Under the pieces are notes generated by a model, which was not told the origin of the DNA, made no database searches, and saw only the letters and a list, made by a program, of their open reading frames with translations. From contig CAVYSY010000039.1 of NCBI GenBank assembly GCA_963771175.1, forward strand, positions 320,001 through 384,000: DNA of 64,000 nt. The letters are read 5' to 3'. Of the stretch, positions 22,462 through 35,313 are shown in pieces. Source of the DNA: an uncultured delta proteobacterium (GTDB lineage: Bacteria; Myxococcota; Myxococcia; Myxococcales; Myxococcaceae). Both the position numbers and the translations under genes were made by a program. Every line of letters starts with the position of its first letter. Position 1 is the stretch's first letter.

Positions 22462-23022
22462 CTACTCCTGGATGAATTCCAGGTGGATTTGCTGCCGGCC
22501 ACTCAAGCCCCCGTGCCGGGAGCCGCAGCGCGGGCAGAAGAGCGGCCCGTCCCAGTCCCAGAGGGCCTTCACCTCCTCGCCGCAGCACAGCAGGGGGATG
22601 ACCCTCAAGTCATCCGTGTCCTGGGGCATGGGCCCGGGCAACGCCTCCGGCTCCACGCTGACGAAGGTGGGCCGGGGGTTCAACGAGAGGGTGCGCGACA
22701 CGTAGGCGAGCTGCTCGTAGCGCACGTGGTTGGCCCAGGCGCGCGCCAGGGCCTCCACATGGGCCTGCTGCGCGGGGGTGAGCCACTCGTCCCCCGCCGC
22801 CCGGTGGCCGCAGTACAGGCACCACCAGTCCGGCACCTCGTCGAAGCTCTCGTGCGCGTTCTCGAAGGGAAAGAGCGAGGCCAGCCTCCGCTGGAGGATG
22901 CTCGCGTCGTGACGGCAGGGCCGCGTCTTGAAGTCCCTGTGACACACCGGACACTCGCGCCGCACGAAGCCGCTCGCGTCGCACGGCAGTTCCAGATGGG
23001 TGATCGCCGGCGCCCGGCTCAT
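22462..23022 (-). CDS. Multi-zinc-ribbon hypothetical protein
   Basis: CPVC, CLYC, CC and CPRC motifs. The ATG overlaps the stop of the upstream small gene. Confidence 0.8.
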   Translation of the reverse strand: MSRAPAITHLELPCDASGFVRRECPVCHRDFKTRPCRHDASILQRRLASLFPFENAHESFDEVPDWWCLYCGHRAAGDEWLTPAQQAHVEALARAWANHVRYEQLAYVSRTLSLNPRPTFVSVEPEALPGPMPQDTDDLRVIPLLCCGEEVKALWDWDGPLFCPRCGSRHGGLSGRQQIHLEFIQE

Positions 23023-23174
23023 GCGAGAGCCCCTCGCCCCTTCCGCGCCGCCGCGAGGATGAGGGCCACCATCGAGAAGATCAGCAGCAGGTGGACCCAG
23101 TGACCCTCGGTCGAGCCGCTGATCAACCCGAGCACCCACAGTACGAACAGGATCGCGCTCATCGTCCAATACAC
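23019..23174 (-). CDS. Small membrane protein (lmo0937/DUF5670-like)
   Basis: VYWTMSAILFVLWVLGLI...HLLLIFSMVALI, two TM helices, GAGGAG RBS. Confidence 0.75.
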   Translation of the reverse strand: MYWTMSAILFVLWVLGLISGSTEGHWVHLLLIFSMVALILAAARKGRGALA

Positions 23175-23357
23175 GCCGCCCGCTCCTCTCCCCTGGTTCC
23201 TGGAGGACCGAGCGAAGGTGGAGCCACTGACGGGCCGCGGCAACCCCTCCTTTCGACAGTCCCGGTGTGGGAAGGCGACTTCCCAGTTCGGACTTTTTTT
23301 CCGGTACGCCCCCTCCCTCCTCCCGGGCGTCCTCGTGATTCCAGGGGGTTGCCTTCC

Positions 23358-23373
23358 TGGCACGGTGACTGCT
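23358..23373 (+). promoter_or_regulatory. Sigma54 -24/-12 promoter upstream of the lytic transglycosylase
   Basis: TGGCACG-GTGA-CTGCT, GG-N10-GC spacing, 66 nt before the ATG. Confidence 0.75.
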
Positions 23374-23439
23374 TTGGCCGGGCGTCGGCCACAAGGGGCA
23401 CGTGGCGCGGTCGTCGGTCACGGGCGGGGAGGGTGTGAG

Positions 23440-24156
23440 ATGAGAGGGTGGACGGCGGCGATGGTGGTGGCGGGCATGCTGGGAGGGACCGGGGCGCAAG
23501 CTTTCCAGCCCTTCTTCCCGGGGGAAGACAGTCCCGAGATGGTGGAGTTGCGCTCGAAGCTGGCCGAGCAGGAGGCCAACCTGGCGCGGCTCCAGGAGGA
23601 GTCGGCCCTCTATGAGGAGGCCGAGGTGCTGGGGGTGGTGGAGGCCGTGCAGGCCTCGCGGCTCCCGGAGCGTCAGCAGCGGCGCCTGGCGGTGGCGATC
23701 GTCCGCGAGGCCAGGCGCAACAAGCTGGACCCCATGCTGGTGGTGGCGCTCATCCGCTGCGAGAGCTCCTTCAACAACTACGCGGTGTCCCACGTCGGCG
23801 CGATGGGGCTGATGCAGGTGATGCCGGACACGGGCACCTATCTGGCGGACCGGGCGGGCTTCAAGCTGCAGCGCCACACCAATCTGTTCGACTCCGAGCT
23901 CAACGTGGAGCTGGGCACGGCCTACCTGGCGGATCTCATCGGTCGCTTCGGCTCGGTGGAGAAGGCGCTGGTGGCCTACAACGCGGGCCCCGGGCTGGCG
24001 AAGAAGATCCTCGCCAAGAAGGACAAGCGCGAGCAGTTCATGGCGGGCTACCCGACCAAGGTGATGCGTGAGTTCCGCAAGCTGAAGGCCCAGCAGGCGC
24101 GCGAGCTCACCCGGCTGGAGGAGAAGAAGACGTCCAACGGACCGGGACCGGGGTGA
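23440..24156 (+). CDS. Exported lytic transglycosylase (SLT domain) with short N-terminal coiled coil
   Basis: Signal peptide, LIRCESSF (catalytic Glu), GAMGLMQVMP, NVELGTAYL, AYNAGP. Confidence 0.93.
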   Translation: MRGWTAAMVVAGMLGGTGAQAFQPFFPGEDSPEMVELRSKLAEQEANLARLQEESALYEEAEVLGVVEAVQASRLPERQQRRLAVAIVREARRNKLDPMLVVALIRCESSFNNYAVSHVGAMGLMQVMPDTGTYLADRAGFKLQRHTNLFDSELNVELGTAYLADLIGRFGSVEKALVAYNAGPGLAKKILAKKDKREQFMAGYPTKVMREFRKLKAQQARELTRLEEKKTSNGPGPG

Positions 24157-24356
24157 CCGGTTACGGACACTCCGCTCGCTCGCTGTCAGACAGTGAGGCG
24201 GTTTTCTCGATGTCCTGCACTGCAACCCGGAAAAAACGTGCAGCACTCTACATCGCCGGTCTTGTGCGCCAGGGTGGGTGGTTCCACCCCGGGCCGGGCG
24301 TACCCGACACGCCCGGTTCTCAGGGACGCATGCAGCTACGAGGAGAGAGACACATC

Positions 24357-24680
24357 ATGGCGGGGCTGGAGATTCACCAGGAAGAACTCGCGGGGCGGTT
24401 GACCCTGCGACTCAAGGGCACTCTGGATGGCCGGACCGCGATGCAACTGCGCAGCTCGCTGGAGGAGCTGGGAGCGCGGGAAGTGGTGGTGGACTTCACC
24501 CATCTGCGCGAGTTCCGTGACTCGGCGGTGGCGGTGCTCACCCACGGGTTGAGGGAGCGCAAGGTGCAGTTCCGCGGTCTGGCCGGGCACCACGAGCGGA
24601 TGTTCCGCTACTTCGGCCTGAGCACCGGGAGCGTCGCGCCGCCGCGCGCGTACTACACCCCGGAAGAAGTCCTGGCCTGA
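24357..24680 (+). CDS. STAS-domain protein (anti-sigma antagonist-like)
   Basis: LRLKGTLDGRTA...VVVDFTHLREFRDSAVAVL, 107 aa, GAGGAG RBS. Confidence 0.8.
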   Translation: MAGLEIHQEELAGRLTLRLKGTLDGRTAMQLRSSLEELGAREVVVDFTHLREFRDSAVAVLTHGLRERKVQFRGLAGHHERMFRYFGLSTGSVAPPRAYYTPEEVLA

Positions 24681-24778
24681 GGACCTCTGAAGTCCTGCGC
24701 CTGAGGACCTCTGCAGGTCAGCCACCCCGGGAGCCGGGGCTTCCGGGGCGGCACGGCTGGGGTAGAGTGCGCCGCCAG

Positions 24779-25764
24779 ATGAACTCCCCTGCTCGAGCCG
24801 TCACTCCCCTCCCCTCCGCCGCCACCGCGCGCGCCACGCTGGAGCGCGTGGCGACGAACCTGTCCCTCGCGGTGCAGGGCAAGGAGAAGGAGGTCCGCCT
24901 CGCCGTCACCTGCGTGGTCGCCGGCGGGCACCTGCTGCTGGAGGACGTCCCCGGCGTGGGCAAGACCACGCTGGCCGAGGCCCTGGCCCGCTCCTGCGCC
25001 CTCTCCTTCGCGCGCGTCCAGTTCACCGCCGACCTGATGCCGGCCGACATCCTCGGCGCGCAGGTCTTCCACGCCCAGAGCGCCACCTTCACACTTCCGG
25101 CCCGGCCCCCTCTTCCGCCAGCTGGTGCTGGCCGACGAGCTCAACCGCGCGCCGCCGCGCACCCAGTCCGCGCTGCTCGAGGCCATGGCCCAGGGACAGG
25201 TGTCCCTGGATGGCACCACCCACACCGCTGCCCCGCCCCTTCACGGTGGTGGCCACGCAGAACCCGGTGGACTTCTCCGGCACCTATCCCCTGCCCGACT
25301 CGCAGCTCGACCGCTTCCTCATGCGCCTGTCGCTGGGCCACCCCGCCCCCGAGGTGGAGGCCCGCCTGCTGCACCACCCGCGACGGCTCCTCGCCGGTCG
25401 AGGCGCTGCAGGCGGTGACCATCGCCCAGGAGCTGATCGCGCTGCGCGCGCTGGTGGCCGCGCAGCGCCTGGACGACACCGTGGCCGACTACGTGGTGCG
25501 GCTGGCCCAGGCCACGCGCACCCACGGCGACATCGAGCGCGGCGCCTCCACCCGCGCGGTGCTCGCGCTGGGCATGGCCGCGCGCGCCCAGGCCCTCTGG
25601 GAGTCGCGCGACTTCGTGACGCCCGGGGACGTGCGGGCGGTGCTCGGGCCCGTGTCTGGCCCACCGGCTCCTGCTGCGCAGCGCCGACCAGGGCGCCTTC
25701 TCCCGCGACGAGGCCGCCCACCTCCTGGAGGAGGTCGCCGCGGAAGGTGCCGGCCCCCCGGTGA
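24779..25764 (+). CDS. moxR: MoxR-family AAA+ ATPase (frameshifted)
   Basis: [64 protein letters not shown]. Confidence 0.93.
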
Positions 25765-26735
25765 GGCCCCGCCCGCCCTCGCCGTGGCGCCGCCTCCGCG
25801 GCCGCCCTCCGCCCTCCGCGCACCCTCAAGGTGACGCGCATCGGGCCGCACGTACCTCGTGGTCACGTTCGGCGTGGGCCTCGGCGCGCTCAACACCGGC
25901 AACAACCTGCTCTACCTGCGTGCTGGGCCTGCTGCTGAGCGTCGATCATCCTCTCCGGCGTGCTCTCCGAGCGCTGCCTGAAGGACTTGACCGTGCGGCG
26001 CGTGGGCACCGACGGGCCTTCGCCGGCGAGCCCTTCGCCTTCCGCTGGGCGCTGCAGCCGCCGCAAGGGGCACGCCTTCGCCCTCACCCTGTCCGAGGTC
26101 GGACTCGCCCCTGCACCGGCGAGGGCCGGCGTGGGCTACCTGCCGGCGGGCGTGGAGCACGTGGTGCGGGCGGACCTCACCGCGCCCCGGCGAGGCCCGC
26201 TGACAGCTGACGGGCGTGCGCGTCACCACCACCTGGCCGCTGGGCCTCTTCGCCAAGACGCGCGTCTTCGCGCTGGAGGGCACGCTGCTCGTCTACCCGC
26301 GGCGGGGCTTCGCGTGTGCGAGATCCGCGGCGAGGCGGCCGTGGGGCACGTGGGCGAGGCCGGCAACCCCCACCGGCTGGACGGCACCGGGGATCGTGGC
26401 GGGGCTGCGCGAGCTCGGCGAGGACGAGGACGCGCGGCGCGTGCACTGGTTGAAGAGCGCCTCCGCGGGGAAGCTCCTCCGGGTGGAGCGCGAGCGCGAG
26501 GAGCGGCGCACCGTACATCCTCGAGGTGCAGGCCGGGCTGACGGGTGAGGCGCTGGAGCGGCGCTGCGAGGAGGTGGCGGCACAGGCCCACCGGCTGCTC
26601 GAGGCCGGCCACGAGGTGGGGCTGGAGGTGCCGAGCCACCGGCTGCGTCCGGGCGCGGGCAACGGCCAGGAGCGCGGCATCCTCCGGGCGCTGGCCTGGC
26701 TGGGCTTCGAGGAGCAGCGGGAGGAGGCGGCATGA
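25761..26735 (+). CDS. DUF58 protein (frameshifted)
   Basis: N-terminal [12 protein letters not shown] region, [13 protein letters not shown]...[12 protein letters not shown]. Lies between moxR and tgpA with overlapping start/stop codons. Confidence 0.85.
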
Positions 26736-28772
26736 GCGCAACCCAACCGGCTGCGACTCGTCCTGCGCGACCTCGCGACGGGCTCGCGCCTTCGCCTCCA
26801 TGGCCGTGTCCGGGCAGCTCCCGCTGTGGGTCGCTGGGGCTCGTCGCCACGTCGCTGCTGGTGGCGCTGGTAGGACGGCGCCCCTTCGCCCGAGCGCCCC
26901 GGCTGACGGCGGCGCTGCTGCTGCCCCTGGCGGGCGCGCTCTACCTCGCGGTGGGCGCGGGACAGATGGACCTGGTGGTGGCCGCCTGCTCCTTCGCGGG
27001 GCTCGTCGCCAGCCAGCGGCTGCTGTCCGCGACCAGTGCCGCCACGGACGGGCAGGTGCTACCTGGCCGGCCTGCTGATGATCGCCGGCGGCGCGGCGCT
27101 CTCCGGTGAGCTGCTCTTCGCGGTGTGCCTCACGGCCTTCGCGGTGCTGGCGAGCCTCGCGCTGGGGCTGGGCGTGGTGGAGGCGGCGGTGCCGGCGGGC
27201 GAGCCGGTGCCCGTGCGCGCGGTGATGCGGCCGCTGGCCCTGGGCGTGGTCTTCGCGGTGACCGGCGCGGTGGCCTTCTTCATCCTCTTCCCGCGCCGTC
27301 AACTGGAACGTGGGCGCGCGCCGGGCGACACCGGGACTCGGCGTGGCCACGAGCGGCTTCTCCGACGACGGTGCGGCTGGGCGGCTCGGGCACCCTCAAG
27401 AGCAACCCCCGCGTCGTGCTGAGGGCGACGCTCGACGCCGGATCCCGGCCACCGAGCAGCTCGGGGCGTACTGGCTGGGCCGCACCTTCGACACCTTCGA
27501 CGGCACGGAGTGGTCGACGATCGGCGCCTCCCAGCAAGCGCCGTCGCACGCGCGTGACGCTGCGCCCGGGCGCGGAAGAACAGGTGCACCAGCGGATCGA
27601 GCTGCTGCCGGCCTACGGCAGCCGCACGCTGATCGCCCTGGAGACGCCGGCGAAGCTGGGCAACGCCCTGGCGCACACGCCCACGGGCAACCGGCGCACC
27701 ACCCTGCAGGAGCTGGGTGGGGACGAGCTGCGCTTCGTGCAGGAGGGGCTCGGGTACGAGTACGAGGCGTACAGCGTGCCACCGGGCACGGACACGGACC
27801 CGGGCAAGCTGGATCAGCTCGAGCACGATCAGCTCCTGGCGCTGCCGGACAACCTGGATCCGCGCGTCACCGAGCTGGCGGGCCGGGTGGTGGGCACCGA
27901 GCAGGATCCCCTGGCCGCGGCGCAACAAGCTGTCGAGCTGGCTGCAGCGCGAGTACCAGTACACGCTGGAGCTGGGCGGGGACGTGGCGGATCCGCTGAC
28001 GGACTTCCTCTTCGTGCGCAAGGCGGGCCACTGCGAGCACTTCGCCACGGCGCTCACGGTGATGCTGCGCACCCAGGGGTTCCAGGCCCGGCTGGCCACG
28101 GGCTTCTTCGGCGGCGAGCGCGTGGCGGACGAGTACATCGTGCGCGCCGGAGACGCCCACGCGTGGACGCACGTGCTGGTGCCCGGGCGCGGCTTCGTCA
28201 CGGTGGACGCCACGCCCCCGGCGTTCCGCCCCAGCCAGTCGCTGGAGCTGCTCGAGTCGCTCGTCTCCATGTACGAGGCGCTCGAGTCGGCCTGGCGCCG
28301 GTCCGTCGTCGACTACACGTTCCGCGACCAGATGGACTTCATGCGCGACCTGACGCGCCCGCCGCGCGAGCCGGGGCCGGGCAAGGAGCGGCTGCGACTG
28401 CCGCCGCTGCGCGCCTGGGGCCTGGCGGCGCTGGTGGGCGCGGGCGTGTACTGGACGTGGATGTACCTGTCGCGGCGCAAGCCCCGGGCGCGGGCGCTCG
28501 AGGCGACACGCTTCGTGGACGCGGTGGAGCGCCAGCTCGCGACGGTGGGCGTGCGCCCCGCTGACGGAGAGACCCTGGAAGACGTCTCCGCCCGCCTCAC
28601 GCGGGAGGAGCACCCGCTGGCGCCCACGGTGACGCCCCTCACACGGCGCTATCTGGAGGCGCGCTTCGGCCAGCGCCCGTTGCGGCCCGGAGAGGCCGCG
28701 CTGCTGCTGAAGGACCTGAAGCGCGCCACCGAGGCCCTGCGCCAGCAGGCCCCGAAGGCCCGCGCCTCCTAG
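26732..28772 (+). CDS. TgpA-like DUF3488 + transglutaminase-like membrane protein (frameshifted)
   Basis: Multi-TM N-terminus, YWLGRTFDTFDG, catalytic GHCEHFA, DAHAWT, VTVDATP, C-terminal YLEARFG (DUF4129-like). Confidence 0.9.
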
Positions 28773-29103
28773 CGCTCTCGCACGCATCCCTCCGAGCCCC
28801 TGTTCGCCCGTCCGCTGCCCGAGGGCGCGTCGGTGCCACGCCCGAGGACGTGCAGGGCCTGTGGAGGATGGCCAGCCTCCCGATCACCGGTCGGGACGAA
28901 GGAGGCGAACCCCCTCTCAGGCCCCGCCCGGCGTTCCATCGCGCGGAGGTACCCGAGCCTCCGAGGCAGAGGAGATTTCTTCCAGCCTCGGTTGCCCGAT
29001 GGAGCCAGACCCGTCCCGTGACTTCTACGGGCTTACCGTCCACCCCAGTGCGGTCGCATCGGCCAGTATGCATTGCGACTGGTGAAATCCCGTGTGGCAG
29101 GCG

Positions 29104-29119
29104 TGGCACCATCGTTGCT
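29104..29119 (+). promoter_or_regulatory. Sigma54 -24/-12 promoter upstream of the RpoH-like sigma factor
   Basis: TGGCACC-ATCG-TTGCT, near-consensus GG-N10-GC, about 80 nt before the ATG. Confidence 0.82.
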
Positions 29120-29198
29120 CTAGCCACCGTCCATCAGGTTGTCACGCGGACCCAAACCTCTTCTCACCGGCCTCGGCGAGGCCACGTCGGGAGAATCC

Positions 29199-30099
<901 letters not shown>

Positions 30100-30124
30100 T
30101 CCTGAGATTTCTGGGGGCAAGCAA

Positions 30125-30169
30125 GCGAGTCGCCTCCACTCCGATGAGGAGTGGGGGCGCTCGTGTTTT
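30125..30169 (+). terminator. Intrinsic terminator after the sigma factor gene
   Basis: Stem GCGAGTCGCCTCCACTCC / GGAGTGGGGGCGCTCGT followed by GTTTT. Confidence 0.65.
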
Positions 30170-30262
30170 CAGGGACGCACTCGCGAGGCGCTCGTGGAGC
30201 CGCGAGCCGCGGCGTCTGCTACATACGAGGGCCGTCGTTCCCCCGCAGTGAGGAGAGCGCCC

Positions 30263-32741
30263 GTGTCCCACGGCCAACCGCCGATCTCCGAGGACCGCGT
30301 CCCCATCGCCCAGAGCGAGCAGGTCATCGCGCACACGCCCTACGTCCCGGCCACCGAGTCGCGCCCGGAGCTGACGCTGCGCGGGCTGGTGCTGGGCTCG
30401 GTGCTGGGAATCATCTTCGCCGCCTCGTCGGTGTACCTGGCGGTGAAGGTGGGCCTGACGGTGTCCGCCTCCATCCCGGTGGCGGTGCTGTCCATCGCGA
30501 TCTTCCGGGCGCTGGGTCGCTCCAACATCCTCGAGAACACCATCGTCCAGACGACGGGCTCGGCCGGCGAGTCGCTCGCCTTCGGCGTGGCGGCGGCGCA
30601 TTCCCGCGCTGCTGCTGCTGGGCTACGACATCGATCTCCTGCACGCCTTCCTGGTGGCGTCGCTCGGCGGCGTGCTGGGGGTGCTGATGATGATTCCGCT
30701 GCGCGCACGGACTCATCGTCCAGGAGCACGGCAAGCTCGCCTACCCCGAGGGCACCGCCTGCGCGGACGTGCTGATCGTCGGCGAGGAGGGCGGGACCAA
30801 CGCGCGCACGGTCATCCTCGGCTTCGCGGTGGGCGGCCTGTACAAGTTGGCCTACGCGGGCCTGCAGCTCTTCAGGGAGGTCGTGGGCACGGCCCTGAGC
30901 TGGGTGAAGACGACGGCCGACCGGAGCGGCGCAGCGGGTGGGCTACGCGGGCGGCTCGCTGTCCATGGAGGTCAGCCCGGAGTTGCTCGGCGTGGGCTAC
31001 ATCATCGGCCCGCAGCGTAGCCTCCATCACCTTCGCCGGTGGCGTGCTCAGCTACCTCATCCTCATTCCCGCTCATCACCTTCTTCGGCAGCGGGCTGGA
31101 GCAGCCGCTGTTACGCGCCGGACGGCACGCTCATCCGGAACATGGACCCGGACACGGTGCGCGACGCATACGTGCTGTACATCGGCGCGGGAGCGGTGGC
31201 CACGGGCGGCCTCATCAGCCTCATCCGCTCGCTGCCCACCATCGTCGACGCCTTCCGGCGCGGCCTGGACACCTTCATGGCCTCGCGCGGCAAGGGACAG
31301 GCGCCGGTGATGCTGCGCACCGAGCAGGACCTGCCCATCACCGTGGTGGTGGTGGGCAGCGTGCTCCTGGTGCTGGCCATCTGGCTGGCACCGCCGCTGC
31401 ACATCAACCTCCTGTCCGCGGTGCTGATCGTGGTGTGCGGCTTCTTCTTCGTGACGGTGAGCGCGCGGATCACCGGGGAGATCGGCTCCTCGTCCAACCC
31501 CATCTCCGGCATGGTGGTGGCCACGCTGCTGCTCACCTGCCTGGTGTACCTGCTGCTGGGGTGGACGAGCGCCGAGGACCGCTTCATGGCGCTCACCACG
31601 GCGGCCATCGTGGGGATCGCCGCCTCCAACGGGGGCACCACGGCGCAGGACCTGAAGACGGCCTTCCTGGTGGGAGGCACGCCGAGGCGGCAGCAGGTGG
31701 CGCTCTTCGTGGGCGTGCTCACCAGTGCCGCTCTTCATCGGGCGGGTGCTGGTGGTGCTCAACCGGGGCGCCACCGCCATCATCCCCGAGTCGTACCCGG
31801 GCCAGAGGGTGAGCGTGGTGAGCGAGGAGACGCGGCTCCAGCAGACCTACGGCTGGGCGATCTCCGAGGAAGTGCTGGCGGCGAAGGGCGTGAAGCTGGC
31901 GGAGCTGAAGGGCCCCTTCTGGAAGCAGGGCCTCGAGGTGGCGCAGCGGCAGGGAGGAGCCATCGAGCTGCGGAGCTGGAACGCGCTGCCGGTGGAGCGC
32001 GTGGCGGCCACGGAGGTACGCCTGCACTCGGGGCAGACGGTGAAGGTGTCCGACCTGGGCGCGGTGACGCCGGGAGCGCAGCGCACGTACCGGGTCGGCT
32101 ACGTCCGGGGCGCGGACACCCCGGTGCCCACGGGCACGTACCTCGTGGATGAGACGGAGAGCATCCAGTACGTGGTGGACCCGGGTATCGGCGGCCGCAT
32201 CACCACCTACGAGGGCCAGGCCCTCACCCGCTACCCCGCGCCCAAGGCACAGCTCTTCGCCCTCATCATCGACGGCATCCTCACCCGGAAGCTGCCGTGG
32301 GACCTGGTGCTGGTGGGCGTCTTCATCGCGCTGATGCTGGAGTTGTGCGGAGTGTCCTCGTTGCCCTTCGCGGTGGGCGTGTACCTGCCCATCTCCAGCA
32401 GCGCCCCCATCTTCGTGGGAGGCATGGTGCGCTACGTGGTGGACCGGGTGCGCGGGGGCGCCGCGGCCGAGTCCGAGTTCTCCCCCGGCACCCTGCTCTC
32501 CTCGGGCTACATCGCCGGCGGCGCCATCGCGGGCGTGTTCATCGCCTTCCTGGAGATCGCCAGCGACGGCACCTGGACGCGCGCCATCGACATTCCGGGG
32601 CGGCTCGGGGACACGCCCTTCTCGCGCTTCCTCCAGGAATCAGAGTGGTGGGGCCTGGGCTTCTTCCTGGTCATCACCGCCGTGCTGCTCCTCACCGGCC
32701 TGCGGGGCGAGAGCGCCTCGCAGACCCGGCCCGCGAAGTAG
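30263..32741 (+). CDS. OPT-family oligopeptide transporter (frameshifted)
   Basis: [72 protein letters not shown]. Confidence 0.93.
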
Positions 32742-32749
32742 CCTGGTGC

Positions 32750-33188
32750 TCAGCGTTTGCTCATCGCCTCGAAGCGGCGGCGCATTCTCCTCCCCGCTGA
32801 TGTCTTCCACGCGCGTCGAGATGAGCCACTCGTTGTCGAAGGGATCGCTGATCCGGCCGGCCCGGTTCCCGTACCACGTCTGCGCCACCTCCTCCTTCAA
32901 CGTCGCACCGGCCTCGACGGCGCACCGCACGACCGCGTCGCAATCCTCGACGTAGAGCATCGCGTGGAGTTGCCGGACCGGCATGCCGGGCATCGCCTCA
33001 CCGATCACGAACCGCGAGTCGCCGAGTTGCAGCTCGGCCTGCAGGATCGTGCCGTCCGGCAGGGCGAAGCGCGTGCGCTCCTCGGCGCCGAAGGCGCGCT
33101 TGAAGAAGTCCACCGCATTGGCCGCGCCGCGCACACTCATGCCCGGCGTGATGGTCCGGTAGCCCTCAGGGATAGATCGCACCGTCAT
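32750..33188 (-). CDS. VOC/glyoxalase (PhnB-like) protein; probable frameshift near the 3' end
   Basis: SIPEGYRTITP...AVDFFKRAFGA, LYVEDCD, YGNRAGRISDPFDNEW. The alternative frame ends MRRRFEAMSKR. Confidence 0.88.
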
Positions 33189-33548
33189 CCGCTCCTCCTC
33201 GCCGGCTCGTGAGAACGCCGTCCGGCTGAGGTGCTCCATGCCCCACGTCCCCGAGCCGGGTCACTCCACCGCGCCCGGAATCCGCGGCACCTCGTCCATT
33301 TGCTGGCAGAGCGGATGCTGGAACTACCGGCAGTGAACGCCGAGGCGCCCCGTGGGACAGGCTTGGGGCTTCATTCATGATATGTTGACTCCTGGTATTG
33401 GGTGAAGCACCGGGGCTCGAGCACAGCCCCTCCTCCCCGCCATTGCAGGAGCGTGCCCCTCCCGACAGGTCCAGGAGTCACGCAAGACGGGAAGAATCGG
33501 GGTAGACTGGACACCCCCCCTTCCTTCGCCCGAGCATCCAAGGACGTC

Positions 33549-35310
33549 ATGGCCCAGGCACAGACCGCCCGCAGCGCCGCCCAGGAACCCGCGACGGATC
33601 CCGCCGTACAGGAGAAGGTGGAGGCGGCGCGCAACTTCGCCTTCCACCTGCTCAAGGGCATCAAGCAGATCGGCATGTACCGCCACAACGAGGCCCGGTT
33701 CCCCGAGTTCCTCACCAAGGCCCAGGAGGCGCTCGACGCGTACACCGACGAGCACGGCCCGCTGTCGCTCAAGGTGGAGCAGCAGAACTTCATGCTCTAC
33801 GGCGAGCCGCTCTTCACCGAGGACACGCCGCTGCCCTACAAGTTCTTCCGGGACGGCATCCGGCAGCTCATCTTCCGCCCGGGCCTCACCGTCGAGGAGC
33901 TGGTGACCTTCACGATGATCGCGCTGTCCGACCCGGAGCGCGGCGCGGAGGACGTGGTGGCCCAGCTGTGGCAGTCCTCCCTGGAGCACCTCGAGTACGT
34001 GGTGGTCGAGGGCTTCAAGATGGACGAGTTCTCCGAGCGAGGAGGTGCAGGTCGAGGTCGACAAGATCGTCGACTACCTCTACGCCCGCCTCCAGACCAA
34101 CTCGGACGACTTCCTGCGCTTCGCCCGGGTGAGCGCCGAGGATCTGGACTCCAAGCTCGAGGGCGTGGAGCAGATCCGCGGCGCGGTGATCGCCGGCGAC
34201 AACGCCACGGACGACCTGAAGGCCAGGCTGCAGCAGGAGATCGCCGAGGAGGAGAACACCCGGCTCTTCCCCAAGCTGGTGAGCGCCATCTTCCAGGTGG
34301 TCGAGGGAGGCGTGGACGACACCGAGCTGCTCGAGGAGATGTTCGTCCAGCTCCTGGACGCGATGCTCATCCAGGAGGACTTCGCCATCATCAACCAGAT
34401 CGTCCTGAAGCTCCGGGCGATGGAGCAGCGGGACACGACGGGGACGCTCGAGCATCTGCGCGCCAACTTCGTCGAGAAGATGGGCGAGGAGCAGCGCCTG
34501 ATGCGCGTCGCCGAGGTGCTGCGGACGGCGCGTCCGAAGAACCCGGCGGACATCACCCGCTACCTCCAGGTGCTGGAGCCACCACCGTCGTCACCCTGCT
34601 CTACGTGCTGGAGACGATCGAGCTCCCGGAGAACCGGCTGCTGCTGTGCGACGTGCTGGCCAACTTCGCGCAGGAGGTGCCGCAGCCCTTCGTGCAGCGG
34701 CTGGAGTCGGAGCGGCCGCAGACCGTGCGCGACATGGTCTACATCCTCGAGAAGGCAACCACCCGGACCGGATGAAGATCTTCGGGCAGGTGCTGCTCAA
34801 CAAGAACCTCGCGGTGAAGCTGGAGGTGATGAACATCATCGCCCGCGGGCGCACCGGCGAGGCGCGCAGGCTCATCGCCGAGGCGCTGAACGACGCCGTC
34901 GCCCAGGTGCGCATGCTGGCGGCGCGGCTGCTGCCCGAGTTCGACCGCGAGAAGGCCTACGTGGACCTGGTGCGGCTGGTGAAGGATCCGAGCTTCGAGA
35001 AGAAGTCCAGGAGGAGCAACGGCCATTCTACACGGCCCTCGGCACCACCGGCCTGCCGGGTGCCATCTCGATGATGCTGCAGGCTGCTGGCGGTGAAGCC
35101 CTCGCTGTTCAACAAGGAGAAGGTGCTCGAGGACAAGCTGCTCGCGGTGCACGGGCTGGCGGGGCGTGCTCCATCCAGTCCTACAAGGTGCTGCAGGGCG
35201 TGGTCGAGGACAAGAGCCAGCCGGCCGAGGTGCTGGTCCGCGGCCCGCAAGGCGATGTACCAGACGAAGAAGACCCTGTTCGGCGACACGGCGACCACCA
35301 GGAGGCGTGA
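33549..35310 (+). CDS. HEAT-repeat protein (frameshifted)
   Basis: N-terminal QIGMYRHNE...FFRDGIRQLIFRPGL domain and C-terminal HEAT-like repeats (ALNDAVAQVRMLAARLL). Confidence 0.8.
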
Positions 35311-35313
35311 GCC

